NCBI GenBank assembly: GCA_036172245.1
Contig: JAYWIR010000019.1
Location: 2,542,001 to 2,606,000, forward strand
DNA from: Raillietiella orientalis
Taxonomy: Eukaryota
Reading direction: 5' to 3'
DNA length: 64,000 nucleotides
Shown here: piece by piece, positions 24,401 through 38,028 of the stretch
How positions within the stretch are numbered: the stretch's first letter is position 1
Layout of the letters: every line of letters begins with the position of its first letter
Position numbers and translations under genes: made by a program
The notes under the pieces: model-generated
What the model saw: only the letters and a program-made list of their open reading frames with translations
Told to the model about the DNA's origin: nothing
Databases searched by the model: none

Positions 24401-27400
24401 TATTAGCTTCCACTATTTCACATGGAATAAGATTTTGAGTAACTATACGCCAATCAGTAGCAAAGTTCCTTTAATTCAAGTACCTAATTTCTGTAAATAG
24501 TTCACAACTGTCTTTTTGCTGAATGTTTTCGTGTTTTCATATGAAACTTCGAATTGCCAATGTCTCACACCATTTCATGATTTTGCTCTTATGCTTCAGA
24601 ACAACCATACATTAAATCAGTGAATTTACTGCCACAGTCCTACTAGGTCAAAAAAAAAAAAAAAACCTCTTCACAATGAAAGATTCAAACAAATACCTAT
24701 AAACAAAACCCTAACTTTCAAGTTACATGAAATAAGAAAATGATCGGAAGGCAGGATTATAAATTCTACTCAGCCATCATAAGTAATATTCTAAACACTC
24801 AAATAACGAAAAATTCCTGCATATCACATTATATTTACAGTAGGAAAATAAAAAAAAAAACGTGCACATCCATCACAAACTGAGTTATAACTTTTTTTAT
24901 TTTAGAATTCACTACAAACAAGAAACATTTAACGAATCATCCCTCCAATCATCCTTGAAGCAGAAAAACAATCATTTAGCACACTTCACTAATGAAGGAC
25001 ATTTGACAAAATTCGGATTCAAAAACAATAAGCCAGGCAGCAAACAACTGGACACCTTTCATTAATTTACTTTGAAGGGCCCATACAACTCGTATGTCCT
25101 GATTATACATAAAGGCACATCATATACAGAAGCATTTTAATGATGCAATGATCACGTGAATTTTTTCTGGTGGGAAGACTTTTATATATCTTACAAATAA
25201 GTAGATATAAACACATATAGGTACACAGAAACTTGTGTTCTATAAATCAGAAACCCCTGACAAGACCAAATACAACATTTAATGCTGCAGAATCAATTAC
25301 TAGTTCTTTTTTTTCTTCTATTCTATTTATACAATTTATCATACCACAGAAACAAAGATACAAATACTTCAACACACCAGCAAATATATTCAATATCGCT
25401 TTGCCATTGCACTGCCAAATTATAGTTTACTTACAGTGATTTCATTTCATTGCAGCCAATGTGACTACAGTCACCTAGATGGAAAGTTATTTATTTTCTA
25501 GCATTTTTTATAGCATGATATATAATGCACCTTCCAACAAAAACAGAATAATTCTCTTAAATATTGACAAAGAAATCTTTTTATCTGTAACTGTTAAGTG
25601 TGTATTCATACATTTGAATAAACATACTTTTTAAGGAACTTGACCAACATCTGTGAGCACAAGTGAAATTTTACTTCAGTTTGAAGATTATAATCGCATT
25701 GTATCATTATTAAAATAAATATGATGCGCAAGTATGATGAATACTGCTGTGTAATATAAATATCAATAGCAAAAAACATGCAAAATCATTATCTGAAAAC
25801 TGTAAGTTAAATGCATGAATTATATACTTTATTTTTAAATTTACTCACTGTTAGCCAATAATACACTAAAAATGCATTCTAAGAGAAGAGGTAATTAAAC
25901 TTGCATATGCTTTATAAAACCCACAGCTTAAAAAAAAGAAAATCTCTGTTCATTGAGAGCACTGTATACTGAATTAAAATTCACTAATCCTTTAGGGATT
26001 AATAGCTGCACATCGCAATACGGTGCTAACATTTATGCACTGTAAAATATGCTGAATCTTATTGCTCTATCAAAACCCACTCAAGCTACAAGTAGTGTGA
26101 ACTAACATTTCATTTAACCATAAAGATCACTTGTATAACATATTCTGAAAAACATTATTTTACATGTGAACTATTTCATTGTAAGAATGTTTAGCTGGAT
26201 CCCATGCCTAGTCAATGATTGTTATTTGCAGGTATCTAAAAATACCTGAAGGAACGCTATTTCTTTTTTTACAAAGAAAACCTTTAAACAATTTGATTTT
26301 TTTGCTGTTGTTATTTCCAATGTGTTTATACTTACTGATCAACAGACGTCTTTTTAACAAAATGAGGGACATGACATGCAAAAAGATTTTTCAAATCTCT
26401 AAATATATATGTATTCTTAATAAGCTGTCCAAACTGAATTATATCTTCTTCCTGCAATTCAAGTGGTGCATTTGGAAATATTTTTTGGCTATTGATAAAC
26501 ACTCCATTTAAACTCTGAAATTTTCAAGGAATTTATGTTACAAAGAATAATTTATGCAAAATCTTCAACAAATAAATTTTAACAATGAAGCTCAACTCAT
26601 TTATTGAAAATGCAGATGCTAATAAAGTAAATGATGTCATGATTAGATGCTTTGGAAAAAAAGTAGCTATTAATTGTTAATAAAAAAATCATTTATACCA
26701 TGAAATGCGAAATCTGATAGGACTATAGAAGTATTAATTTTATGCTGGTGTCAGTCTTTTCCAAAGTAAACTACTTGTGTAATTTCTTCAAGAATCTCAT
26801 TCCCATCTGAACTGAACACTTGTATACTTTCCTACACACGATGTTGGAAAAACGAAAAACATCAAGCAATATTTACAAAGTAGCTCAAAACAGATTTTAC
26901 AAGCTGCAATAAGAAAACAGATAAATGCTCAAACAGGTATCCAGTGCACATAAAGAAATTCAACTCAGCTGCAAAATGAAGTTCTAATTATTTCAATTAA
27001 AAAATATGTTGACCCTTCAATACAAAAACCGTGCATGCAAAATGCTTCCATAACATACTTTTGAAATAGCAATATTCCATAATTAGTCTCATGTCACCAC
27101 ACAATTCATATGTTCACAATAAAAACTGCATTAATAAGAATGACTTATCAAAAATTTATTTGAACGGAACTGAGGAAAGAGGGGCACACTTAAGTTAAGG
27201 ATTTATAGATTATGCATTAGAAATAATCCAGTTAGTACATTAAATAAGACTTCCTCAACAAAGTTCTGAGGCATAAAAACAAAATTTAAGATATTAAAAC
27301 ATTTTATTCCATTATTGCACGCTTTTACTTCTCCAACATACATACGAAATTAATAAAACGGCTGATTCATAAATAAAACTAATCATATCTTTTATAAAGA

Positions 27401-28039
27401 TATAAAAGGGAGTATACTCCTTTATCATGTAAACTCGTTTAGATGAACTTCTCGGATTTCCGATGAACGAACAAAAGCGGAGCATCGTGTACATGAACTC
27501 ATTTAAGATTTGACGACAAAACTTAAGACACAGATATTAATAGGAATTCTTTACTGATTTCAAATGTTTGATAATGGGCTTACATATAACGTAACTACTT
27601 TTTCATTGGATAATATCACAAGCATAAAGCAAACCGGAATGGAGCTACCAATAAACTCAACTTGAAAAGGACATGAAATATTCAAACTGAAAAAAACACC
27701 TATTGCTTACCAAATCTGTAATAATCCATGAACTCTTTTGATAATCAAAAAAAATAACTGCATGCTTTCTCGATATGTTTAAATCTGATATGGTTAGAAA
27801 GCATTCCTGCGACCTTCCGATCAAAAACTAAAAAGCAAAAAAACTCTCAATGTAATACGAGAATTAATGAGTTTTAAATCCATATATTTACTGATATACT
27901 TGAATAATATATGTATCTCTATCTCTTTGGGCCATAGGCAGTTAAGACACAAACACAAAGCAGAAACTCGATCACTAGAAATTCATAGACAATGGATATT
28001 TATTACCTTAATGTACGAGAGTGCACCACGGTCCTCCAT
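21466..28039 (-). CDS. RNF8: FHA + C3HC4 RING E3 ubiquitin ligase, RNF8-like, about 227 aa
   Basis: FHA exons 27827-27711 (FLIGRSQEC...ISRKHAVI...WIITDL) and 26514-26336 (SLNGVFIN...EEDIIQFG). RING exons 21818-21700 and 21651-21466 (ELECIICNELFNK|AVTLRCSHSFCKECIKAWLKKSNFCPVC). First exon 28039-28007 (MEDRGALSYIK) and linker exon 22918-22869 are tentative, chosen on splice signals and phase. Confidence 0.8.
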
Positions 28040-28340
28040 TCTGGCAGCGAAACTCGCCTGTCGCACTTGAATTACAGCCTGAAGCTCTCACTCCGAATGC
28101 AAAGTATTCCCGACTACCATGTTATTAACCATGCTTGCTTTCCCACCAATTTTTTTGGGTGTTTGGACGCCTGCCTTCGAGCTGACAACACTTGGAGGGG
28201 TAGAAATAGAGTCAGTCGCATCTCACAACACTCAGCTGTAAACACTCTGCAACACGCGGTACACGAGATCACCACGGAAACGGTCTCCTAAGGACAGACT
28301 CCGGCGTCGCACGCGACGAAAGCGTGTCAGAAACGGCAAA
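28020..28340 (-). promoter_or_regulatory. CpG-rich 5' region / probable promoter of the RNF8-like gene
   Basis: Local CpG-rich patch in CpG-poor DNA around and upstream of the candidate ATG; contains the inverted repeat CGTCGC-AC-GCGACG at 28305-28318. Confidence 0.45.
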
Positions 28341-31300
28341 CCTTTTTTTTTTGCATCCTTGAATAAGCTGACTGATTTCATTTTAAAATCCAGCCTGTGT
28401 CCAACGGTCAGCAGAAAATATGCATTCGCATTCTGATTAATTGCTGCTGTTCAGTTTTGATTGCTCCATTGAGTTCCGATAAATTCTGAAAACATGCTTT
28501 TGAAAATCCTACTTTGGGAGGAATTGACGACTCCGCATCTTGAGCTATCTATATTAAAAATATTTGATTGGCACCTACACATTCGTGCATGTAATTTTTT
28601 ATAAAACTGTGTTGTGATTGAAGATGAGTAAGAAATGAAGTTCGAGATGTCATTTTTCTTTCTAGAAGTACAACTGCACTTCGAGCATTCTAAAAATTGT
28701 AAGCCGAGTCAGTGTGAGAACTGATGAACATGTAATTAAAATGCGGTCTTCTTTAGGGTCTTCCGAAACGCTTGGTGAAATACAGTTACGAATAGCCTGT
28801 TCTCTTGAATTCTGACTTAGGAATCGATCGTTATGGTAACTGTTTCCTTGCAACAGTAGAAAGAAAGAAAACATCATAATGTATCGTGTTTTTAGACGGA
28901 AAGAAGCACTTTTACTTCTTCTGCAAATGTTCTGGGTGATCAAACTTGGAAGTTTTGAATTATTAGAAAGCACTCAAATGGATTTATCAATTCTGACGAA
29001 GGAACGATTATCATTTTGAGGTTTCATGCAATTTAATTCTCGAAATAACTGGCGAAGTGTTCGTTGAATTCTGCAGACTGCTCGTTCGAATGCAAATATC
29101 TTCAATCCAGCATCTAATACATCCAGCTGTAATGCTTGCAGCATTTTGAAACAACATCACAATGGTGCTTAGCTTGTATCTTTCATTATTTCAAGTATAT
29201 AATTTATCTATGATTGGTGTTTCAAACGAAGTTTTTGAGGTATGAGAGTATCCCCGTGCTTGTTTATACTGTGAAAGCAGAAAACTTTTCCACGCAGAAG
29301 CTCTATTCACTACACTGATACCGTCAGAAAGTGAATAAAGTTTTTCTATTATCTGAACTCAAACGCCACTCAGCCTGCCTCACATCAGGAGGGGAAAGGA
29401 AATTTATTAGTTTCAGAGAGGCACCCTGTGTTTCTGCGAACTTAGAAAATATGGATTGCTCTTTTTGCACTTTCTAAGCTACCAACGTAGACATCTGCCG
29501 ATGGAATTTGTTTTTTTTTTTTTTTTTTTACAGCAGCTTGATGTCAGTCCAAGTCGAAGCGTTTCATTCATTCTTCATGTGTATTAAAACGGTCTGATCA
29601 AATGCAAGTATTCCTACTAAAGTTAGTCCCACTAACTTTGCAATACTTCCTGGATAGTGTCTTCCGAGATAGCTAAGGAATCTCAATGTTCTTGATAATA
29701 TTGGAAGAAAAAATAGTCGATGATTGAGGTTTGATTTTCTTCATACTCTCGTGATCATAAGCTCATATAACGTCGATAAATCATCCAAGAAAATATAATT
29801 CAAAATCAACAATTTGAACTCTCCCAGCGTTTATGTTTGAAAATGTAATTAATAACCCTCTAGAATATCAAAGGCCATTTGCTCCTCTCAAAACTATATG
29901 AAGATCAACTGACGTGAGCTGTCTCTGAAAACTCTGATCCTACAATGGAAAACATGAGTCGATAATTTCAGAAGTGCATGTTCCCATTCTTCTCATGTAA
30001 AGTTTTTCTTTTTTTTTGTGGCTTAAAATATTGTTTTTCTTAGATTCTATTTAATTAACAGGAATTGACTGTTTTTTATTCAATGGGTTCCCTTGTATCT
30101 TTAAACAATTGATAGCTTAGTATCCATTAACTTAAATGCATTCCGTTGCTGAATCTTCTGTGACTAACGCTTCAATGGATGTCACTATATATGTCTTTTT
30201 TTTGAAACTCGCAAACTCGATTCATCTGTAATTCGATTTTGGGTAAGGGTGATGACCATATTTTCTAACATTTTTAAGTAAGATAATTATCAGGAGAGGA
30301 AGACATTACCAGAATGTTCACACTAGTAAACAGTTCTCCGTATTAAGTAAATGCACACTTCATTAATATTTTTCATTTTCATGGTACATGATTCATCGTG
30401 GAAGTCCTTGTTTTGCAATGTCTTATTATCATGGGTCTTTCTTTCTTATGAACCATTAATAATGTCTCTATTCTTTAATACTTAATACTGGTTTTGATTG
30501 CTCCTTTCTATTGAACATCCACAATTATGAGACTTTTCTTAAACTGATACGTTTTTAAACCAATAAAGTTTTCATTATCGGTAAGAATTTTTACTTTAGT
30601 ATTTGTGTGCTTTGGTCAAATCATTTGAAATATGAAAGAATAAGCTCCTTCTCTTATAAATTGTATGCAGTCTAGCATTAGAAACATCTCCAACATTTTC
30701 TAACGAAAGCATTACTGCTAAAGGATCCTCCAAGATGTTATGTGATCAAAGTCATATGTGATTCAAAAATGTTTGAGAAATATATACACTGTGTATAATC
30801 ACTGAGTCTCATTAACTCACACTAATCGTAATTTGAAGAAGCTTGAATTAAAGTCTATTTCTCTGTTTGGTTCCAGTCTAATTTTCTGCTTAATTTTCAA
30901 AAGAAAGAGTTAATCTTTGAAATGTGTCAATTACCTAATCTCTTTATACAGAATAATTTCAAGTTCTTTGAGGTTCCTAGCAATCGTAAGACCTCCCTTT
31001 ACTTTATTGTTTATTTTTGACAGAAACAAAAAACTTTTTGGGGAAAACGTTCTGGTACTACTGCTTTCGGAACTGTGTTCTTTTCCGCGGTCGTATTTGT
31101 GTAACCGATGGAAAGTGCTGGTGTTATTTTCCCGTTCTTTGATGAATATGCAGTGGATAATAACTCCCAATCCACCAGCTTACAGGTAATATATTACTTT
31201 TATTATTTCAGATGAAAAAAATATGTTTTTATATGTACGGTGTTTTTTTTCATAAGCATGTCTGATGTACTGGCTTCATTCCCCTGCAAAGCGGAATGTT

Positions 31301-31950
31301 GGTCACCTAATAATTTCACTCTGAATTATTCAGAACAAGAAAAAAGCTATAGAAAATACGTGATCCAGATAAGCATTTTCAATCAAATTAGGATTAACAC
31401 TGATATGCTTACTTACTGTTGTCTAGCTCATTTACATTTTCTGTCTTATAGGTTTCAGTGTGTGTAAAATCTATACTACAAAGAGTCAAAGCAGTTAAGT
31501 TTCAGTTTTGTGTTGTCATTGATCTCGAGAAGGATTGTTTGGAGTAGATAGTCACACGTTCAGTTACCCTTTTTGTTGCATACATGCATTTGAATTTAGG
31601 AAGTTGAATATGTATCGAAGTTGCATACATTTGCGAGTATGCAATGCAGAATAGTTGCCCAAAATGAAAATGCCGCGTATTTAAATGTTCCAGTCTGAAG
31701 GTACTTGGTAATTTTCAAGTCATAGGGATGCGATCAATGTTGGTTTAAGAAAATTCCCATGGAAAAAATGAACTTTTTCGCAGAAAAGAGATTGTTGCAT
31801 TTTTACTTTTGATGAATGAAGATTTAACTTTTCAAGTATATGGGGAAATTTTGCTAATTTCATGTCAGAAAACAGTTACTGTAGGATTGCATAAGTGTCA
31901 TTGTTATTTGACTCATTTTGCTTTCTTTTTTAGCCCTCTTAATTGAAATT

Positions 31951-34900
31951 ATGGAAGATGACAATGATATGAAAGAAAAATGCAGGAAAAAAAAAATATC
32001 ACAGAATTTTATGCAGGTCAAGACTCAGAAGGTGCAGTGTTCAACATGATTAATGGTTTAATCATTGATTTCATGTTTTATTTATAATGCATGTAAATCA
32101 ATTATTTTGCTTCATTAGCATCATTTATAAATACTGTTTCTGAGCATCTCCATCTGTAAGCAAATATTTCTAAAAAGCTACCTGAATAGCATTAGCAAAT
32201 TTACGCACTGATTTAGTCAAAAGCAGTAGTGTATCATGTATGGATGCACATTTGTAAAGTTATCAGTATATCATCCTTTCTAGCCAGACATTGAAGCCAG
32301 TGATTCAAAAATGAGTCATACACCAATCATTCTCATCAAACCTGAGCGAGCTAGGGAGAAAATTGTCGAAAATGTAGAAATGGATTCTAGTCCTCCAAAA
32401 ACTGAAAAAAGTTCTCAACCATCAGTTATAATCAAGTCACGGGAGGGAGAAACTAGGTAAGGTATATGAATCTTTGAAATAGGAGTATTGATTTTGTTGT
32501 GAGGAATGTATGTGGAATCAAGGTATACAAAAATCTTGCTTCTCTTTGGGTTCCACATGTTGCAAAATTCATTCCTTAATTACATCCGTGAATTAATTTT
32601 GCAACTTGTGGAAATTTCGTGAATGTAGTTAATGCTAAGAATTGTATAAAAAACATCTTTAAACATTCTGAATGAAAGCAATCATGATTACAAAATAATT
32701 TTCTTTTGCTCATCTGGAAGTGGCTAAAGGTGCATGTACAATATTGTTATTATCATCATCATCTTAAACATTATTATGGCCATAAGTTTGTATAGGCAGT
32801 CAATGTTTACAAAGGACTGCATATTGGCATGAAAAGGTTTTATGGAATATGTGCCCATCTCTAGGTATATCATGTTTTTTAAAGGAATGTTTTGCTATGA
32901 TATGTTGAAAAGCCTTTTTGAATTCTGCATATCAGATTTGTTTTCTATACCAGTATGGCATACATAATTTGCATAATAATTTTAAATACAAATTAAGTTA
33001 CCATAATTTATTTATTGTGTCTTGGGTGTTCCTTAGTTTTTCTATCATTTGAGCATATGACATAATCTTGTATATGTAAGATGTATCTTGTGTATGTATA
33101 CATGTAATCTTGTAAGAGGTTATTTATTAATCACATACTGATAATTCTGAATTTTACTTTTTTAAGCTAATTAAGTAACAATTTACGTCATTCAAAATTT
33201 TGTACATTGCAATTCTTTATGAGTAGCATAATAACTAGTTACACAGCCAGATTTTTTCAAGAGCTCAAGTTTTTGAAGAACAGAACATACTTTCATCAGG
33301 ATGTGCTGTAATGAGCACTGCTGTAATGATGAAACATTGATTTTATGCTCAAAATAAGGCAGAAATTCAAAGCTGCATTGTTTTTCGTTATGTAAAATGA
33401 TTTACCAAGATTGTTCATTATTTGCAGTTTTTTGATTTGCTCATGAGTGTGTCCAGTTCAGATGACTGAGAATAAGATTGCAATTTCATTTGTATTGCAG
33501 TTTGAATAAAGGCATAGAATTAATGTTCCATGAATGCATGCATTAAATATATTATAACATCATAAACAAGTAAGATAAAGTGAAAACATTTAACATTAAG
33601 ATAATCTTCAATGGCTGCCTTTAATCAAACTTGCTAAGGCCGTAAAATATTTATTCTGAAATATTATTATTTGTGAAATTAATTACCAAGAAGTTTTATG
33701 CATTGTGTATGTGTATTCATTTTTCAGAAATGCTATGATATTTGTTAAAGAGTATTGTTATGAAACAATCTTAGCAATAATGTCAGCTGAAACATAAACT
33801 CTTCTATAAATGCGATACATTATATATAGAAGTGTTTGCAAATTATAACTAAACATGTCTCTGTAAATATTCTGAATTATGCCTGAGTTGGTTTCAGATG
33901 TGATAAATGAATTGAGTGTTTCTTGTAGCTTCCACTTTTATTAGCTGCTAATCAATTTTTATGTGGCATTAGCTTTTTTGTATTTACCATAGCATCTTGA
34001 TTTTTGTTTCTTTAGTTTATCAGTATTATTATGTTACTGTGTTTGTTGTTAACATTTCAATGTATTTCTTTAGAAAAGAAGCAGATGTTTGTAATGCATC
34101 AAACTCTACAAATAAAGCAGTTGGAATTAATGCTGAATGTAAGGAAAAAATGCTATCTGCATAGTTACTTATTTCAAACCTACAGCCGGAGGAACTTCTG
34201 GATTGCCTATTAGTTCAATGAAATCGTCGTGCAAGCTCATTGATAGTTTCATGTGCTTTTGTGATGATTTAGCTGATCACTTGCAAGATCAAAATGACTA
34301 CCTTGTTGTTGGTTGTTTAGGTTTGCAAAGCACTGGTAAATCTACTGTTATGTCTTTATTAGCCAACGAAAATTCTTTATGTGAAAGGTTTGTGTTATTA
34401 CTGGTTATTTTAGAAAATAAATTTTTTTTAGTGGATGCATTTTCCCTATCCAAGAAAAAAAATTGATTGAAGTCGGTGAACATGCTACTGATGGTATTGA
34501 TGCTTATGTTACTTCGGACAGGGTTATTTTGCTGGACTGCCAGCCATTGCTTTCTCCATCTGTAATGGATAGATTAATGCAGCTTGATAAAAAGTTCTCT
34601 ATTGATTTTGGATCTACTGAAAACGCTTTGGAAATTCACAGTTTACAGCTTGCAGCTTTTCTTCTTTCCATTTGTCACATAGTAATTATAGTTCAAGATT
34701 GGTTTGTGGACTCATTTTTCTTAAGGTAATAAACCCTTACCAGTCAGTTCACAATAAGAGAATGTGTAAAGCATTTCATGGCTATGCTTTTGATGGAGTT
34801 GATGGATCCTCGTGTTTTTTAATCGTGCGTTATTCTTTTGTGTAGTTCATGTGGCCTTTATTTCCCAGTTGATTAATTTGAATTCCATTTTTTCATTAGG

Positions 34901-36605
34901 ACTTGATCGAGTTAAAATGTATTGTGTATGATGCTGAATGAAATCTTGCATGTTGAAGTTTGTGTATTTTTTCATTAGCTTGTGTGTTGTCCATACTCCT
35001 TTTGATAATCAGCATATAAATAAAATTTCGTGCTGCACTGATCTAATTAATGTAAGACAATTAATAAGACTAAATAATTCATGAGACCTTGTTCAACTGC
35101 TTTGTCAAGCAATAATTGTGCATGCAGTTTTTATTTTAAATTCTTAATCTTTTATATTTGCTTTTCCCCCTTTTTAACACATTTGACTTGGGTATTACAT
35201 AATTTCTTGCGTGGCCATTGCATTTCTGTTTTTCACTGTTTTTCATGGCAATTAAGGTTTAAGGCAAGAAATAACTGCAGTTTTGCGAACACCTTAAATT
35301 ATTACAAAGAATCTATTGCATATGATGTTGTTAAAGTGCTCTCCCCAAGCCTTTAGTACAGTTTCTCAGGCTAACATTGATATGTTTCTGTACTGTTTGT
35401 TAACTTTTGCATTAACAGTGGCAAATTGTCATATTGCACATTGTCATATCAGTTGTCTCTATTTTATAATGCAACGTTGTATCCGATAGTCATTTACCTG
35501 GAGAAGAGCAAGGATATTAATATTTCTTTTAGAACTCTTATTTTTTTTTCTGGTTTGATTTTTCTTTTGTGATCTTTATCTTTAAATTTGTGTTGCATGT
35601 AATTATACATGTGGATGAATAATGGTGACCCATTGTGAGGTGCTTTTCATTTCAAGACTGGATGTTACACATATTGTTGAATTCTCCTTTGAACCCAACT
35701 AATTTTCATCCTTGTCATTAAGACAGAAAGCTGTTACATGTGTGTTTAATTCCATTTACAAGAGATTATCCTTACTGCAGTGTTTCATGAAGTACCATGT
35801 GGTGTTTAGAATGCTAGGCAAATAAAGTGAAAAAGACATGCAATTATTTAAGGATTCTTTTTGGAAAGTTTTGCTATTGTAGTCAATTTAATCAAATAAG
35901 TATTTTTAATAATGTCTAAAGTGTTTTATTATCCCCCCCCCTTTTTGGCCAATATCCATTGCAAGGTATTGTCTGTTTTGTTAGGTTTTTGCTTACTGCA
36001 GATATGCTTCGACCAATGATGTTGCCCAATACTGGAGAAGAACCTTATGATAATCAAGTGAAATTACTGTTTTTACATAATAAAGCCCATCTCGATTATT
36101 TTCTACCGGGCAAAATATCACAGATTAAAGTACTTAAATTTATAGTTTGTTGATGACTTATGTTGGGTGTGATTCAGGAAATGTATCGTACAATTCTAGA
36201 AAACAGTCATATGAAATTAAATGCACTGACAGAAACAGGATCCGGACTTTTTTCTAAAACGGAGGAGTCTATAGATGTGTTCATACTGCCGGATATTAAA
36301 AAGGGTAACTATTTGTTACAAATCACTTATTTTTTTTTTTTCATAATGTATTTGTAGCTGAAAAATTGCCATTTGGTGTAAATTTTGTCTTAAAGGAACA
36401 AATCAATTCCCTAAAACTCAAGGTGTGGGGCACTTCACGACATAAACTGACATCTTATGCTTTGACAGAAAAAGCATGGTAACATGACATTTTTAAAAGG
36501 TATTAGGTTATCTATGTTCTTTGCAGGTTAACTCATGCTGCAAAAATGTGGGAAGCAATAAAGAAATCAGCATTGTATTCGGAATACAGTCGTTTGCTCC
36601 CTTAG
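31951..36605 (+). CDS. SMG9: Nonsense-mediated decay factor SMG9 (P-loop NTPase), about 423-428 aa, 9 coding exons
   Basis: Exons 31951-32016 (or -32031), 32284-32456, 34074-34138, 34186-34387, 34432-34725, 35985-36129, 36178-36304, 36358-36478, 36527-36605; all phase-compatible. Motifs TPIILIKP, MKSSCKLID, Walker A GLQSTGKS, LDCQPLLSPS, CHIVIIVQDWF, RFLLTADMLRP and the C-terminus TEKAW...EYSRLL. Confidence 0.95.
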
Positions 36606-38028
36606 CAGATTACTGTCTTATGAAATGGAAAGGCTTTGATATTACCAATTTAAGAAAGCAGGCAATCAAATTTGGAATGAAGATGCTTCTCATCACAGGA
36701 TCTTCAGTGTGGAAGTTGGAGTCATCAAATAACTTGTAAAATTCGACATCATGTGGCCACCTGGACAGTTTAGAAATATATTTTCCACTTTTGAAAGTTT
36801 AAAATTTAAGAGTGTGGGTACATGCTTCAGCTCTGTGCAATGCAGATCTAGCAGTTTCTTTATTTGAGTTCTGATACTTGGAAATGTGAAGGTGTGAGGT
36901 TTCTGTAGAAAAAGACCCACCAGAATGCAAAATAGAAATTCCGAAAGAAGCATTAGGAACATGAAATATAAAAATATTTGCCAAATAACTACATCCAGGA
37001 ATCCACAAAGGAGTAAGTAAGCGAAAACTAATGCATGTATTAAGTTAGCATTTCATTTATTTTCGTTTTTCAGTATACAATTACATAATTCTTTTTATCA
37101 GAAACTTCATTGTTTTTATTTATCATTGGTACTATTCCTCTATTTCCCAAGATTTAGCTGGTTACAAATGTGCAGTACATTTCATTTGACAGTTCTAATG
37201 GGTTTACTTCGAAATTTTTTATGGATCTTATCTGTTGAGATACTGCCACATTCAGGTATGCTGCTTGCCAAAGCTCCACATCCAATTTCTCAAATTTCTG
37301 TAGATGACATTATTGGAAAGGAACACTAGAGGTTTTCCGATTCTTTAATTTTAATACCTTCTATGCTAATGAAACAAAACCAAATGATTGACCAAGCGAA
37401 TGTGCAATTACAAAGTTACGTTTCATCAGATTACTCCATTTATTGGTAGAGCTTAATATATTTACTAAACCTGTGTGCAACATTTGGAGGAAACCACATT
37501 TTTCAGTTTATAATTGAGCTATCCTAAATCGAAGATTACATTCAGCAAACTGCTAAACTTGATTTTGTGCTGAATAAACCAAGTTCACGCATTTGTAAAT
37601 ACCTGGTATCATTCATTCATGAATTCACTGCAAAAAGGACTCGTTTCATGAACACAAAAAGAACCAGTAAGCAGTCATCAGAGCAGACTATTAAAGAGAA
37701 TTATAGCCCCATTTGGAAACAGAGCTGGATTTTTCATTTGTTCAAATATTACGAGAAAAAGATACTAGATGCAGAAACAGACATGTATGTTTACTCCCAA
37801 ATGCTTGTGTCAAATATTTGCTGTGGCATGAGTGAGTGTCTACTACTAAAACATGACTTTACTAATGATGTGTATCTAAGAACAGGACAAGGGAATCTTG
37901 AGATGTCAAACCAGTATTCAAAGAAAGTACTGTCCTGAAGCATGCTATGGATAAGGAGACTTTACATATTAAAATATACTAAAAATACAATTATTTATAT
38001 AATTAAAATGAGCATCATTATTGTACAA

